A DNA stretch of 64,000 bases from an uncultured Chloroflexia bacterium (GTDB lineage Bacteria > Chloroflexota > Limnocylindria > Limnocylindrales > CSP1-4). The stretch is taken from NCBI GenBank assembly GCA_963833225.1, contig CAWHXD010000008.1, positions 864,001 through 928,000 of the forward strand. Reading direction: 5' to 3'. Positions 30,924 through 41,152 of this stretch are shown here, piece after piece; position 1 is the first letter of the stretch; the number at the start of each line of letters is the position of its first letter. A program made the translations under genes and the position numbers. The notes below the pieces were generated by a model, which saw only the letters and a program-made list of their open reading frames with translations, searched no databases and was not told where the DNA came from.

Positions 30924-32945
30924 GTGCGTGGGCGCCTATTCCCACTACGCGGGGTCGGGCGTAGATTAGGGCTGGACGTCTGTGTCCTCGTCTGCCCGCC
31001 GCATGGAGTCGGATCGCTGGATCGCTGGCTGCGCGCGACCGTCATCGCGCTCCTCGTCGCTCTTGCTGGCGCCACGGGTGCTGTATCGCCCGTTGACGCT
31101 GCCGCACGCGTCCCGAGGGTCGTCCTGATCGTTGGCCCGGCGGGCTCCGTCACCGACGAATACCGGAGGCTCGCCGATGAGGCCGCGGTCGCCGCCACGG
31201 CCGCGGGTGCGGAGGTGATCAAGGTCTACTCCCCGGATGCCACGTGGCCCGCGGTCAAACGGGCGACAGAGGGTGCGTCGATCGTCGTCTACCTGGGCCA
31301 CGGCAACGGCTTTCCGAGCCACTACCGGGACGCCCTCTACCCGCCCACCCAGGACGGCTTCGGCCTCAATCCGGTCGATGGCGGCGACGACAGCGTCCAC
31401 CAGTACTTCGGCGAGGCCTCCGTCGGCCGGCTCCGGCTGGCGCCCAACGCCGTGGTCGTCCTGAGCCACCTGTGCTACGCCAGCGGCAACTCTGAGCCTG
31501 GGCTCCCGGAGGGCACCCGCGCGGAGGCCATCGCGCGCGTCGACAACTACGCGGCGGGCTTCCTGCGCGCCGGTGCCGGGGCGGTCGTTGCGGAGGCCGG
31601 CGCGGGACCCGCGTACTACGTGCGGGCCCTGTTGCGGGCCGGCGGCAGCATCGAGGCGATCTGGCAGGCTTCCCCCACCGCCAACGGCCGACACCCCATC
31701 CTCGCCTCCAGCACCCGCACGCCGGGCTACGCGCTCCACCTCGATCCGCAGCGGGCGAGCAGCGGCTTTACGCGCTCGCTCGTCTCGCGGGGCCTCACCG
31801 CCGCCGAGCTCCGCGCCGGCGCGATGGGCGCCGCGGGCGTGCTCGTCGACCCGGTGACCATCCCGTCCCTCGCGACGGTGGGATTGAGCTTCCGCGAGCC
31901 GTCCCTCGCATCCCTGCCGATCGCCGGCGCCGCGACGCGCCTCACGCTGCCCGTAGCATCCGGGCGCGTGACGCAGATCCCGGCCGGCGTCGAGGTTTCC
32001 GTTCGCTGGGATCCCATCTCGCTCGCTGCGCCACCGGCTCCCCCGCCCACCGTGATGGCGGCCCCAACCGCCTCACCATCGGAGACGCCGGCACCCGCAC
32101 CGATCGCGCCGACCCCGGACCCGCTCGGGCCGTCGCCGACCCCGAGCCCGGCGCCGACGGTTGACCCCAACGCCGTGGCGAGGTTCCTTCGACCGCACGC
32201 CTCCCCACCCGTCTCCGAATCGACGCCAGCTCCCTCACCGATGCCGTCTCCGTCGCCCGTACCCGTGGCGCCGGCTATCGACCTCGTGGTCGCCGAGCAG
32301 GCGGGCGCCGTGGTGGAGCCGGTCAGGTCCGTCCCCGGGCCTGGTGGCATCACGCTCGACGTGCGCTATCCGACGGCACCGGGCCTGTACCGGCTGACCG
32401 CGACGCTGCACACGCCGGAGGGCGTCGCGTATGACGCCGCCACGCAGGCGCTGCTCACGCCGGTGCTCGTCCGCGTCAGCGGGCCGTTCGCCGTGGCGTA
32501 CGGCGTCCCGGCGACCCTGTCCGTGGGTGCCGGCGGAGCCTCGAGCGTGCCCGTCCGGGTCCTCAACGCGGGCTCAGCCCGGTGGAACGCGGTCGTGGCC
32601 GCGCCACCCGGGCCGGACGGCGAGCCGATCGGGAGCGCCATCGTGCTGCCGTCGCTCGTCGGCACCTGGGTCTCGACCACCGGCAGCGAGGTGCCGGGGC
32701 CCATCTCGGTCTCGCTTCCCGGCGATGCCTGGGCGCCCGGCGGCAGCGCCGACCTGGTCCTGGACCTCGTGGCCCCCGCCGAGCCCGGGAGCTACCTGCT
32801 GCTCCTCGACGTCGTGGCCCCCGAGCACGGGCCTCTGTCCTCGCTGGGTGGGGAGCCGGCGATGATCCGGGTCACGGTCAACGCGCTGGCGACGCCGGCA
32901 CCCACCCCGGTGGTGAGCGCCCCGACGTCCGCCATCCAGGATTAG
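30924..32945 (+). CDS. Secreted multidomain protein with a possible clan-CD Cys-peptidase domain, Pro-rich linker and Ig-like C-terminus (start uncertain)
   Basis: Signal-like segment; 'IVVYLGHG' and 'VVVLSHLCYA'; C-terminal 'VRVLNAGSARW...APAEPGSYLL'. Confidence 0.6.
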   Translation: MRGRLFPLRGVGRRLGLDVCVLVCPPHGVGSLDRWLRATVIALLVALAGATGAVSPVDAAARVPRVVLIVGPAGSVTDEYRRLADEAAVAATAAGAEVIKVYSPDATWPAVKRATEGASIVVYLGHGNGFPSHYRDALYPPTQDGFGLNPVDGGDDSVHQYFGEASVGRLRLAPNAVVVLSHLCYASGNSEPGLPEGTRAEAIARVDNYAAGFLRAGAGAVVAEAGAGPAYYVRALLRAGGSIEAIWQASPTANGRHPILASSTRTPGYALHLDPQRASSGFTRSLVSRGLTAAELRAGAMGAAGVLVDPVTIPSLATVGLSFREPSLASLPIAGAATRLTLPVASGRVTQIPAGVEVSVRWDPISLAAPPAPPPTVMAAPTASPSETPAPAPIAPTPDPLGPSPTPSPAPTVDPNAVARFLRPHASPPVSESTPAPSPMPSPSPVPVAPAIDLVVAEQAGAVVEPVRSVPGPGGITLDVRYPTAPGLYRLTATLHTPEGVAYDAATQALLTPVLVRVSGPFAVAYGVPATLSVGAGGASSVPVRVLNAGSARWNAVVAAPPGPDGEPIGSAIVLPSLVGTWVSTTGSEVPGPISVSLPGDAWAPGGSADLVLDLVAPAEPGSYLLLLDVVAPEHGPLSSLGGEPAMIRVTVNALATPAPTPVVSAPTSAIQD

Positions 32946-32954
32946 GTCCGGTCG

Positions 32955-33683
32955 GTGGCCGGCAACGCGGTCGCCGGCTTCCTGCCCTCCGTTCACGGCC
33001 TCCCGTTCGCCAACCGGTTTCCCCCGGGCCCGACGGTCCACCTGGGGCCGGTCGACACCCGCCTGTTCGGGTTCGGCGATGCGGCGGCCGGCCTGTGTGG
33101 TGGCATGGTCCTCACGGCGAGGGACCTGTTCGAGGCCGGGATCGTCGCGCCGGCGTCGCCGGCCGGGCCACCGGACAACGGCTCTCCCCGCTTCCGCGCG
33201 CTGGTCCGCCGGCAGGTGGAGTCGCTCGACTGGTTGCGAGTGCCGCTTCGCTACCTGGACCTCCAGGCCCTGCGACCGGATCCCCCCACGGGTCTCGCGC
33301 GCCGGCTCGGCCGCGAGCCACCGAGGGTGGACGCGGTCCTGCGCGAGTGGCCACGGATCCGCGCGGAGATCGATGCCGGCCATCCCGCGGTCGTCGGCCT
33401 GATCCGCGTGGCCGGCCTCTCGCCATGGGCGCTGGCCCACAACCACCAGGTCCTCGCCTGGGCCTGGCAGACCGAGGAAGGGCGGACGATCATCCGCGTC
33501 TACGATCCAAACCACCCAGGGCGGGACGACGTCGAGCTGCGGGTGTCGGTGGCGCCCGCGTCGCCGGATCCCGTCGCCCCCTGGCGCGAGCGGATCACCC
33601 TGGCCCAGAGCACGGGCGAGCCCCTGCTGGGCTTCTTCCGCCAGCCGTACCCGCCGGCGAGGCTGTCGCGCGCCTGGCGCTGA
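32955..33683 (+). CDS. Hypothetical protein, possible papain/C39-like Cys peptidase
   Basis: GLCGGM ... HQVLAW ... VYDPN in Cys-His-Asp order. Confidence 0.6.
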   Translation: MAGNAVAGFLPSVHGLPFANRFPPGPTVHLGPVDTRLFGFGDAAAGLCGGMVLTARDLFEAGIVAPASPAGPPDNGSPRFRALVRRQVESLDWLRVPLRYLDLQALRPDPPTGLARRLGREPPRVDAVLREWPRIRAEIDAGHPAVVGLIRVAGLSPWALAHNHQVLAWAWQTEEGRTIIRVYDPNHPGRDDVELRVSVAPASPDPVAPWRERITLAQSTGEPLLGFFRQPYPPARLSRAWR

Positions 33684-33702
33684 CCTCCCCCGCGAGCCGC
33701 CG

Positions 33703-34077
33703 TCAGCCGCGCCGGCGCGTCCGCTGCGTGCGGCCCGCGCTCGGACCGCTCGGCGCCTCGGCGTCGGTGGGGACCGGCGCCTCGGCCTCCTCGCGTGTTG
33801 CGCCGCAGTGGTAGCAGCGCGTTGCCGCCACGCCGTTGGAGGAGTGGCAGCGGTCGCAGAACCAGGGGGTGGTGGACAGGCCCGGCCGATGGTCGAGGGT
33901 GCGCCTCGTGGCCACCGGTCCATAGGTCCGCAACAGGGCCACGAGCTCGTCGATCGTGCCCATCAGCGCCCGGCGGAACACGGCCGCGAGGACGACCAGG
34001 AGCACGGCCACAAGGACGATCGGGATCACGACCTCGGGGGCGAAGGTGACCCCCTCGCCGCCCGTCATCGGCGTCAT
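33703..34077 (-). CDS. Small membrane protein with RanBP2-like zinc ribbon
   Basis: One TM helix; W-x-CxxC-x3-N-x6-CxxC (WFCDRCHSSNGVAATRCYHC). Confidence 0.6.
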   Translation of the reverse strand: MTPMTGGEGVTFAPEVVIPIVLVAVLLVVLAAVFRRALMGTIDELVALLRTYGPVATRRTLDHRPGLSTTPWFCDRCHSSNGVAATRCYHCGATREEAEAPVPTDAEAPSGPSAGRTQRTRRRG

Positions 34078-34154
34078 GGCGGCATCGTCCGCCCTGGGCG
34101 CGTCGCGTGCAAGGGGCCGGCGGAAGCCCGTTCGTCCCGCCGGTCCACGGCTGC

Positions 34155-36943
34155 CTACAGCGGCGGCAGGACCTGCCGATCACCCGGGAGCCCGGCCCAC
34201 AGGTCTCCGATCTCGGCGAGGCGATCCGCCAGGTCGTGCACGGTCCAGCGGTCCGGCGCGAGATCGGGATCGTCCAGCTCCGCCCACCGGATGGGGGCGG
34301 ACACCGGGGCTCCGGGGCGCGGCCGGACCGCGTACGGGGCGACGAGCGTCTTGATCGCGGCGTTCTGCGTGTAGTCGAGGCGCGCCCGGCCGCCACGATC
34401 GGCCTTGGACCACTCCCAGGACACGAGGTCGGGCACGGTGGCGCCAACGGCCCTCGAGAGCGACTCCACCCAGGCGCTCGTGTCGGCGTAGGTGTACCGC
34501 CCACGCTCGATGGGGATCCAGGCCTGGATTCCCCGGCTGCCCGTCAGCTTCGGATAGGCCCGGACCCCGAGGTGCTCGAGCGCCGTGCGGTACAGGCGCG
34601 CGAGCACGAGGGTCTCGTCCCAGCTGGTCGCGGTGCCGGGATCGATGTCGATCAGCGCGTAGGTCGGGGTCCAGGGATCGTCGGTCGTGCTCGTCCAGGC
34701 GTGGATCTCGAACGCGGCCTGGTTGCCCAGCCAGCACAGCGTGGCGGCGCGGTCGGCCACGAGATGGTCGTTTGGCTTGCGGTCCTCGCGCTCGCGGAAG
34801 CCCGTTTCGTGCCAGATCGTCAGCCACGCGGGGGCCGACGACGGGATGTCCTTCTGCCAGAACCCCGGCGCGCTGGCGCCATTGGGAAATCGCTGGAGGT
34901 TGAGCGGGCGACCGACGAGGTGCGGGAGCATCGCGGGTGCGATCCGCGCGAAGTACCCGATAAGGTCGCGCTTGGTGACGGGCGGCTCGCCCAGGCCGTC
35001 GCGGGGCGGGAACAGGACCTTGTCCAGGTTGGTGAGCTTGAGATCCTGCCCGGCCACGTGCCAGCGACCCTCGGACCCGAGGGCGGCGAGCGCGTCGAGC
35101 TCGGCGTCCGTGACAAGCCAGGCGGGGTCCGGAGTCACGCCGGGCGACGCGGCAGTGCGGCGGGATGCCGGCGACCGGGACGCCAGCACGAGGGGCTGGA
35201 CCGGGGGCCGGGCCAGCTCGGGTGACCGCCACGAGGCTCGCCTCGTCCGCTCGCCCGGCGGCTGCCGGGTTCACGGCCCGCTCCCGGACGACCTCGCGGG
35301 GATCACGATCGGGCTCAATCCCCTTGTAGGCCGTCTGGCGGACGTGGCCGTCCCGCGTCCAGCCGCCGATCTCGGCGCGGATCACCAGCTCCGGGCGTGT
35401 CCAGTGGACGCCCGCCAGGTCCCCGCCCCAGCGCCCGCGGTAATCCTGCGCCGGCGCGGGGTCGAAGGCCGGGGCATCCGTCCCAAGTTCATCGAGCCGC
35501 TGCCTGAGCATCGTGCGCGCGCGCCCGCCGAGGCCGGATCCGACCTTGCCGGCAAACCGGAGGTGCTCGCCCTCGTAGACGCCGACCACGAGCGCGCCGA
35601 GCTCCTTCGCGCTCCCCGCTCCCGGCGTCCACCCGCCGACGACCAGCTCCTGCTCCGGGCGCGCCTTGATCTTGAGCCAGGTCGACGCGCGACGTCCGGG
35701 CTCGTACCGGCTCCGCCGGTGCTTGGCGACGATGCCCTCGAGGCGCTGTGCCCTGGCGGCCTCGAAGAAGGCCACGCCCTCGGTCTCGATCGACGGCGGG
35801 ACCTGGACCCGGGCCGTGGGCCGCACGACCAGCTCCAGGAGGCGCTTGCGCTGCTCGAGCGGGACATCGAGCAGCGACTGCCCGTCGAGGTGGAGCAGGT
35901 CGAACGCCTGGAACACGAGCGGCACCGGCCGCCCCGACCGGCCGGCGCGTGATCCGCTCCTGGAGCAGGCCGAAGTCCGGCCGGCCGTCATCGTCGAGCG
36001 CGACCACCTCGCCGTCCACGATGGCCTCACGCGCCTCGATCCACGAGGGCGGCGTCAGCAGGCGCGGGAAGTAGGTCTCCGCGTCGTGGCCGTTGCGCGT
36101 GAACAGGCTCACCTTCCCGTCGCGGACCACCGCCTCCACGCGGTAGCCGTCCCACTTCACCTCGAACAGCCAGTCCTCGTCCCGGAACGGCTTCGTCGCC
36201 AGGGTGGCGAGCATCGGCTCCAGGTAGCGCGGCATCGGGGCCACGCGCGCGCCGGCAAGGTCGATCTCCGCGGTCGCGGCCGGGGCCTCGCTGACCCAGA
36301 TGGCGGGGGCGTTCGCCTTGACCTCGTCGTTCGTCCGGCCGGATCGGACGCTCGCGGGATGGTCCTCGGCGTTCCAGCCGGCCTCCGCCTCCGCATCGCG
36401 CTTCTTGATCAGCAGCCACTGCTCACCCTCGTCGTCCTCGAAGGCGGCGCGGGGAGCCGTGCCGGGACGCCGACTGGTCCGCACGATCGTGAAGCGGCCC
36501 TTCATCTTCGTCCCGTGGGCCGTGAACTTGAGCTCGCCCGCCCCGATGGCCTGGCCCGGGTCGGGCGTCTCGGGCTCCGGCTCCCAGGTCCCCCAGTCCC
36601 AGACGATGACGTCGCCGGCCCCGTACTGCCGGGCCGGGATCACGCCCTCGAAGTCGAAGTACTCGAGCGGGTGGTCCTCAACGTGGACGGCCATCCGCCT
36701 CGTCGCCGGGTCCTGCGTCGGCCCCTTCGGAACCGCCCACGAGACGAGGACGCCGTCGATCTCGAACCGCAGGTCGTAGTGGAGGCGCGTGGCCCGGTGC
36801 CGCTGGACGACGAACCGGCGACGGGACCCAGGGGGCACTCCGCCGGGACCGGGTCCGCCGGCGGTCGCCGGGGCGAGGTCGGCCGGCGGCGGCTCGGGCG
36901 TCTTCGCGAAGTCGCGCTTGCGGCGGTACTCCTCGAGGGGCAT
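34155..36943 (-). CDS. ligD: NHEJ DNA ligase D, order phosphoesterase-ligase-polymerase (frameshifts ~35945, ~35190)
   Basis: YRRKRDF..TPEP, HYDLR, SWAVPKGP; EVKWDGYR, EGIVAK, WLKIK; LTNLDKVLFP, IDIDP, KLTGSRG, VAPYAVR. Confidence 0.95.
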
Positions 36944-37104
36944 GGCGGGGAGTATGCCGGGTCGGCGCCGGAGCAAGGGGGCGATCGGCATGGGCCGGGG
37001 GGTCGGACGGGAACCCCATCGGGCGACCCATGGCCCATCCGGGCGCCCGACGGACACTGCATCGTCGTGCCGCGCGTCCGCTCCCCATTCATGAGGGCTG
37101 ATCC

Positions 37105-37551
37105 ATGCATCTCCAGGCCCGCCCCGCCGACGCCTCCCTGCCCCGCCCCCGCTGGGTATGGGTGGCCGTCGTGCTCGAGCTGTTCACGGCGCTGGGCGCC
37201 ATCCCCGTAGGCCTCCAGCTGATCACCGACCCCACCGGAGCCGCCGTCGGCTTCCCGCCCGGGTGGATCGAGGCGACGCCATTCGGCAGCTACCTGGTGC
37301 CTGGCCTGTACCTCCTGCTCGCGAATGGCATCGGGATGCTCATCCTCGCGGGGCTCTCGATCGGCCGCCACTGGGCTGCACCCTGGCTCACAGCAATTCT
37401 GGGCGCCGGCCTCGTGATCTGGATCGGGGTCCAGCTCGTGGTGATGCCGGAGACGTCCTTCCTGCAGGCGATGTTCGGAGTCATCGGCATCGCCCTGCTC
37501 GTGCTGGGCGCCGCCTGGCTGCGGCTGACCGGCCAGCTCCGGATCGGCTAG
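37105..37551 (+). CDS. Four-TM membrane protein, unknown function
   Basis: Hydrophobic ORF with 'TPFGSYLVPGLYL', 'IWIGVQ'. Confidence 0.7.
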   Translation: MHLQARPADASLPRPRWVWVAVVLELFTALGAIPVGLQLITDPTGAAVGFPPGWIEATPFGSYLVPGLYLLLANGIGMLILAGLSIGRHWAAPWLTAILGAGLVIWIGVQLVVMPETSFLQAMFGVIGIALLVLGAAWLRLTGQLRIG

Positions 37552-37607
37552 GCCGTTCCCGGCGGCCCGGCGTTGGTCCCCAACGTTCGCCGGGGGACCT
37601 CGCCGCC

Positions 37608-38560
37608 CTAGGACGCCTTGCGGCGGCGGGCCGGCTTCGGCTCGGTCCCGCCTTCGTCGGCGGCGGTCGTCTTCGCGGCCGAGGACCCCGTCCTCCCTTT
37701 CGCTCCGCGGGCGGCGCGCGCCTTCTTCGCGTCGGCCACCGAGACGGGTGCCGTTGTGCCCTTCGCCTTCTCGTCCGTCGCGGCCTTGACGCTCGCCTGG
37801 AGGAGCTTCATCAGGTCGACGAGGTTCGCGCTCTCCGCGACCGGCTCGGGCTGGGTGACCTCGACGCCGTCGATCTTGGCCTGGATGACGGACATCAGCG
37901 CCTCGCGGTACTCGTCCTTGTACCGCCCCGGGTCGAACGAGTCGGTCATCGTCTCGACGAGCTGCTCCGCCATGGCCAGCTCGGCGGGCTTGAACTCGTA
38001 GCGTCTCGTCGGGCAGGTCAAGGTCACCCGCTGACCGGATCTCGTCCGGCCAGTGGAGCGTCGTGAGCAGCATCGTGCCCTCGAACGGATCGAGCGCGGC
38101 GAGCGCCTCGCGGTCCCGGATCACGACCTTGCAGATGGCCGTGAGCTCCTTGGCGGCCAGCACCTGGCGCAGCAGGTAGAAGGCCTTGCGGCCGATCTTG
38201 TCGGGCTCGACGTAGTACGCCTGACGGGTGAACTGGGCGTGCTGCCGGGTGGCGTCGTCACGGGGCGCGAACTGCTCGATCTCGATCGACCGGACCGTCT
38301 TGAGGGGAACCTTCTCGAGGTCCTCGTCGGTGATCACCACGTACTGGTCCGGGCGCGTACTCGTAGCCCTTGACGGTCTCGCCGCGCGAGATGACCTTCT
38401 CGTCCTCGGGACACCAGACCTTCATCTGGATCCGCGACAGGTCAGTCTCGTGGAGCATGTTGAAGCGGATCGCGTAGTCGGATTCGGTCGCGGTGTAGAG
38501 CTTCACGGGGATGGTGACGAGGCCGAACTGGATGGCCCCCTTCCACATCGAGCGTGCCAC
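37608..38560 (-). CDS. ku: Ku protein (frameshifts ~38350, ~38005)
   Basis: RSMWKGAIQFGLVTIPVKLY, VKGYEY, AYYVEP, LHWPDEIR, YKDEYREAL, VDLMKLLQASV, basic tail. Confidence 0.95.
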
Positions 38561-38704
38561 GGGCAGTGCTCCGTCTCGCGCGGTCTCGGGCTCCCGGCGG
38601 GTTCCCGGCCCGCCTGCCGATCCGGGACGGTGACTCTACCACTCGATGGCAAGCCGATCACGCGCCCCTCCGCGCGGTCACGGCCGATGGGCCCGCAGCC
38701 AGCG

Positions 38705-41014
38705 CTAGCGGACGATCACGAACGCGTCGACGTCCACGCGGTGGCGATGCCGGGTCCCGAGGACCTTGATCCTGAGCTCATGCGAGCCGGACGTCGCCCA
38801 CGATCGGGTCCAGACAACGGCCTGGTGCAGGACCTTCGCCCGCCGCAGGTCAACGGTCGCGACGCGCACGCCGTCGACGTAGACGGCGGCCCGACCCCGC
38901 TTGGCGCCCTTCGCGCCGATCCAGGCGATGGCCCTCCCGGTGAATGACCGGGTGACCGACGGTCCCTTCACCGTGGCCTTGAGCACCGTCCCGCCCGATG
39001 CCCACGACGGGCTCACGCGCTTCCAGGCGCCCGTGCGCTCGAGCGAGCGGCTCGTGTCCTGCGAGAGGACCGGCGCGGCCTCGTCGCTCTCTGCCCAGGC
39101 GCTCCAGTTTCCGGCGGCGTCCCGGGCCCGCACCCGCAGGGCATACGTGTGGCCGGGAACCATCCGGCGCTCGACGCTGCGGCTGGACGAACCGAGATCC
39201 GTTGCCGATCCCAGGCTGCCATCGACGCGCCATCGAACCTGGTAGCGACTGATGGAGCCGCCGGGGTCGGTCGCCGGTGACCACGTCGCGCGGGTGGCGA
39301 CGCCGTCACCGAGGACCCCGCCGGACCGGACCGCGATGACTGGCGCGACGGCCGTCGGCGTCACGCTGTCCACGGTCAGCGGGAACGTGGAGGTGCGCTC
39401 GCGGGTGCCATCGGTGGCCGTCACCGTGATCTTGTAGGTGCCGCTCGGGGTCGCCGGCGGGACGCTTGCCTCCATCGTCGTGGCGACGGCATCCTGGCCG
39501 GTCAGCTGCGTGTCCGCGAGCGTCACGTCGAGCGGCGGATCGGCCGCGACCTCGAGATCCACCGCGTCCGGGAAGTCCTCGGCACGGAACAGCTGGATCG
39601 GGAGGTCGAGGGTCCCGCCGCCGGCGTTCACCAGCGCGGAATGGGACGAGCCGGGGGTCGCGTCGACCGTGAAGTCGCCGAGGGCCACGATGTGCGACAC
39701 GTCCAGCAGCGGCTCGTGCCGGGAATCCGGGTCCGTGGACAGCTTCCAGTCGAACGTCCCGGCCGCGATCAGCGCGTCGCGGACCTGGGCGGGCGTCGCG
39801 CCGGGGCGAGAGGACAGGTAAAGCGCGGCCGCCCCGGTCACGTGCGGCGCGGCCATCGAGGTGCCCGAGATGTACCCGTACGCGTTGCCGGGCAGCGTCG
39901 AGAAGATGCACTTGCCGGGGGCGATGAGGTCGACGTCGTGGCCGTAGTTGGAGAAGTCCGCGAACGTGTCGTCGACGTCGTACCCGCCCCAGGAGTAGCA
40001 GAGCGGACCGCCCAGGCCTCCGGGCTTGCCGTCGGTGTCCGCGAGAGCAGAGACCGTGATGACCTCGTCGTAGCTGGCCGGCTTGAGCTTGCTGGCGTTG
40101 AAGTGGTTGTTCCCGGCCGCCGCCACGACCGTCACCCCCGCCGCGACCAGCCGGCAGATCGCCCGGTGCATCACGTCCTTCGTCGTGTACCCGCAGTTGC
40201 CGTCGTCGCTGCCCGACCGGGCGACGGACATGTTGACGGCCTCGATCAGCGGCCGGCTGGGGTCGTTCGGGTCTCGCTGGGCGGCGATCCAGTCCAGCCC
40301 GCACACGTACCACGAGACCAGGCCGTTGCCGGCCGAATCGAGGATCCGGACCGACCACAGGCGGACGCCGGGCGCCACGCCGACCACGCCGATGCCGTTG
40401 TCCAGCGCGCCGACGGTGCCGGCGACGTGGGTGCCATGGCCGTTGGGATCCCCCCAGCTGTTGGGGTTGTCCGTGGAGCACGAGATCCCACCCACGATGT
40501 TGAGGTCCTCGTGGGCGCGCGTGGTCCGCCCGCCGATTCCCGTGTCCACGATCGCGACGTCCGCGTCGACCTGGGGATCCGCGCCGTTGATGTCCGCGAC
40601 GAGGCTGTCCTTGCCGCTGACCCGGCGGACGCCGGTGGGGACGGACTGACCGGCGATGGAGATGATCTCGTCGGGAACGATCGGCGTCGACATCGGGGTC
40701 GAGACGGAGCGCCGCCAGCTGGCCCGGGGTGAGCCTGGCCGAGAAGCCGTGGACCGCGTACCGGAAGGTCGCGGTCGGCGGTGACGCCCATCCTGCCGGC
40801 CCGCAGCTCGATGTCGTCGGGGCCCTTGCCGTCCTTGAGCAGGACGATGTAGCGCCCATCCGCCGTGAGCGGCGCCATGGATGGCCGCGTCCTCGGCGGC
40901 CGCCAGCGCCTCCGCGCTCGCAGGGCCATGGGCAGCCGCGGCGGGTTGCGGGGCTGCGGGGCCCGCGGCGAACGCGAGCAGGAGCGCGAAGGCGAGGGGC
41001 GTCGCGCGTCGCAT
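38705..41014 (-). CDS. Secreted S8 protease with C-terminal beta-sandwich/FN3-like domains (frameshifts in the propeptide)
   Basis: Signal peptide; IVDTG, HGTHVAG, AAAGN, SGTSMAAPHV; 'VRARDAAGNWSAW'. Confidence 0.9.
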   Translation of the reverse strand: MRRATPLAFALLLAFAAGPAAPQPAAAAHGPASAEALAAAEDAAIHGAAHGGWALHRPAQGRQGPRRHRAAGRQDGRHRRPRPSGTRSTASRPGSPRASWRRSVSTPMSTPIVPDEIISIAGQSVPTGVRRVSGKDSLVADINGADPQVDADVAIVDTGIGGRTTRAHEDLNIVGGISCSTDNPNSWGDPNGHGTHVAGTVGALDNGIGVVGVAPGVRLWSVRILDSAGNGLVSWYVCGLDWIAAQRDPNDPSRPLIEAVNMSVARSGSDDGNCGYTTKDVMHRAICRLVAAGVTVVAAAGNNHFNASKLKPASYDEVITVSALADTDGKPGGLGGPLCYSWGGYDVDDTFADFSNYGHDVDLIAPGKCIFSTLPGNAYGYISGTSMAAPHVTGAAALYLSSRPGATPAQVRDALIAAGTFDWKLSTDPDSRHEPLLDVSHIVALGDFTVDATPGSSHSALVNAGGGTLDLPIQLFRAEDFPDAVDLEVAADPPLDVTLADTQLTGQDAVATTMEASVPPATPSGTYKITVTATDGTRERTSTFPLTVDSVTPTAVAPVIAVRSGGVLGDGVATRATWSPATDPGGSISRYQVRWRVDGSLGSATDLGSSSRSVERRMVPGHTYALRVRARDAAGNWSAWAESDEAAPVLSQDTSRSLERTGAWKRVSPSWASGGTVLKATVKGPSVTRSFTGRAIAWIGAKGAKRGRAAVYVDGVRVATVDLRRAKVLHQAVVWTRSWATSGSHELRIKVLGTRHRHRVDVDAFVIVR

Positions 41015-41152
41015 GAGGCCTCCGGAGTTCACTGGCGCCGATCCCGGGGGACGCTCGCGCCTCTCCCGGTCGTCACACAGGGTGCCTCCCCGTGATCGTG
41101 CCGAGTATGGCCCAGTGGTCCTGCCCGCACCAGTCCGGGCGAGTCCGTGACC

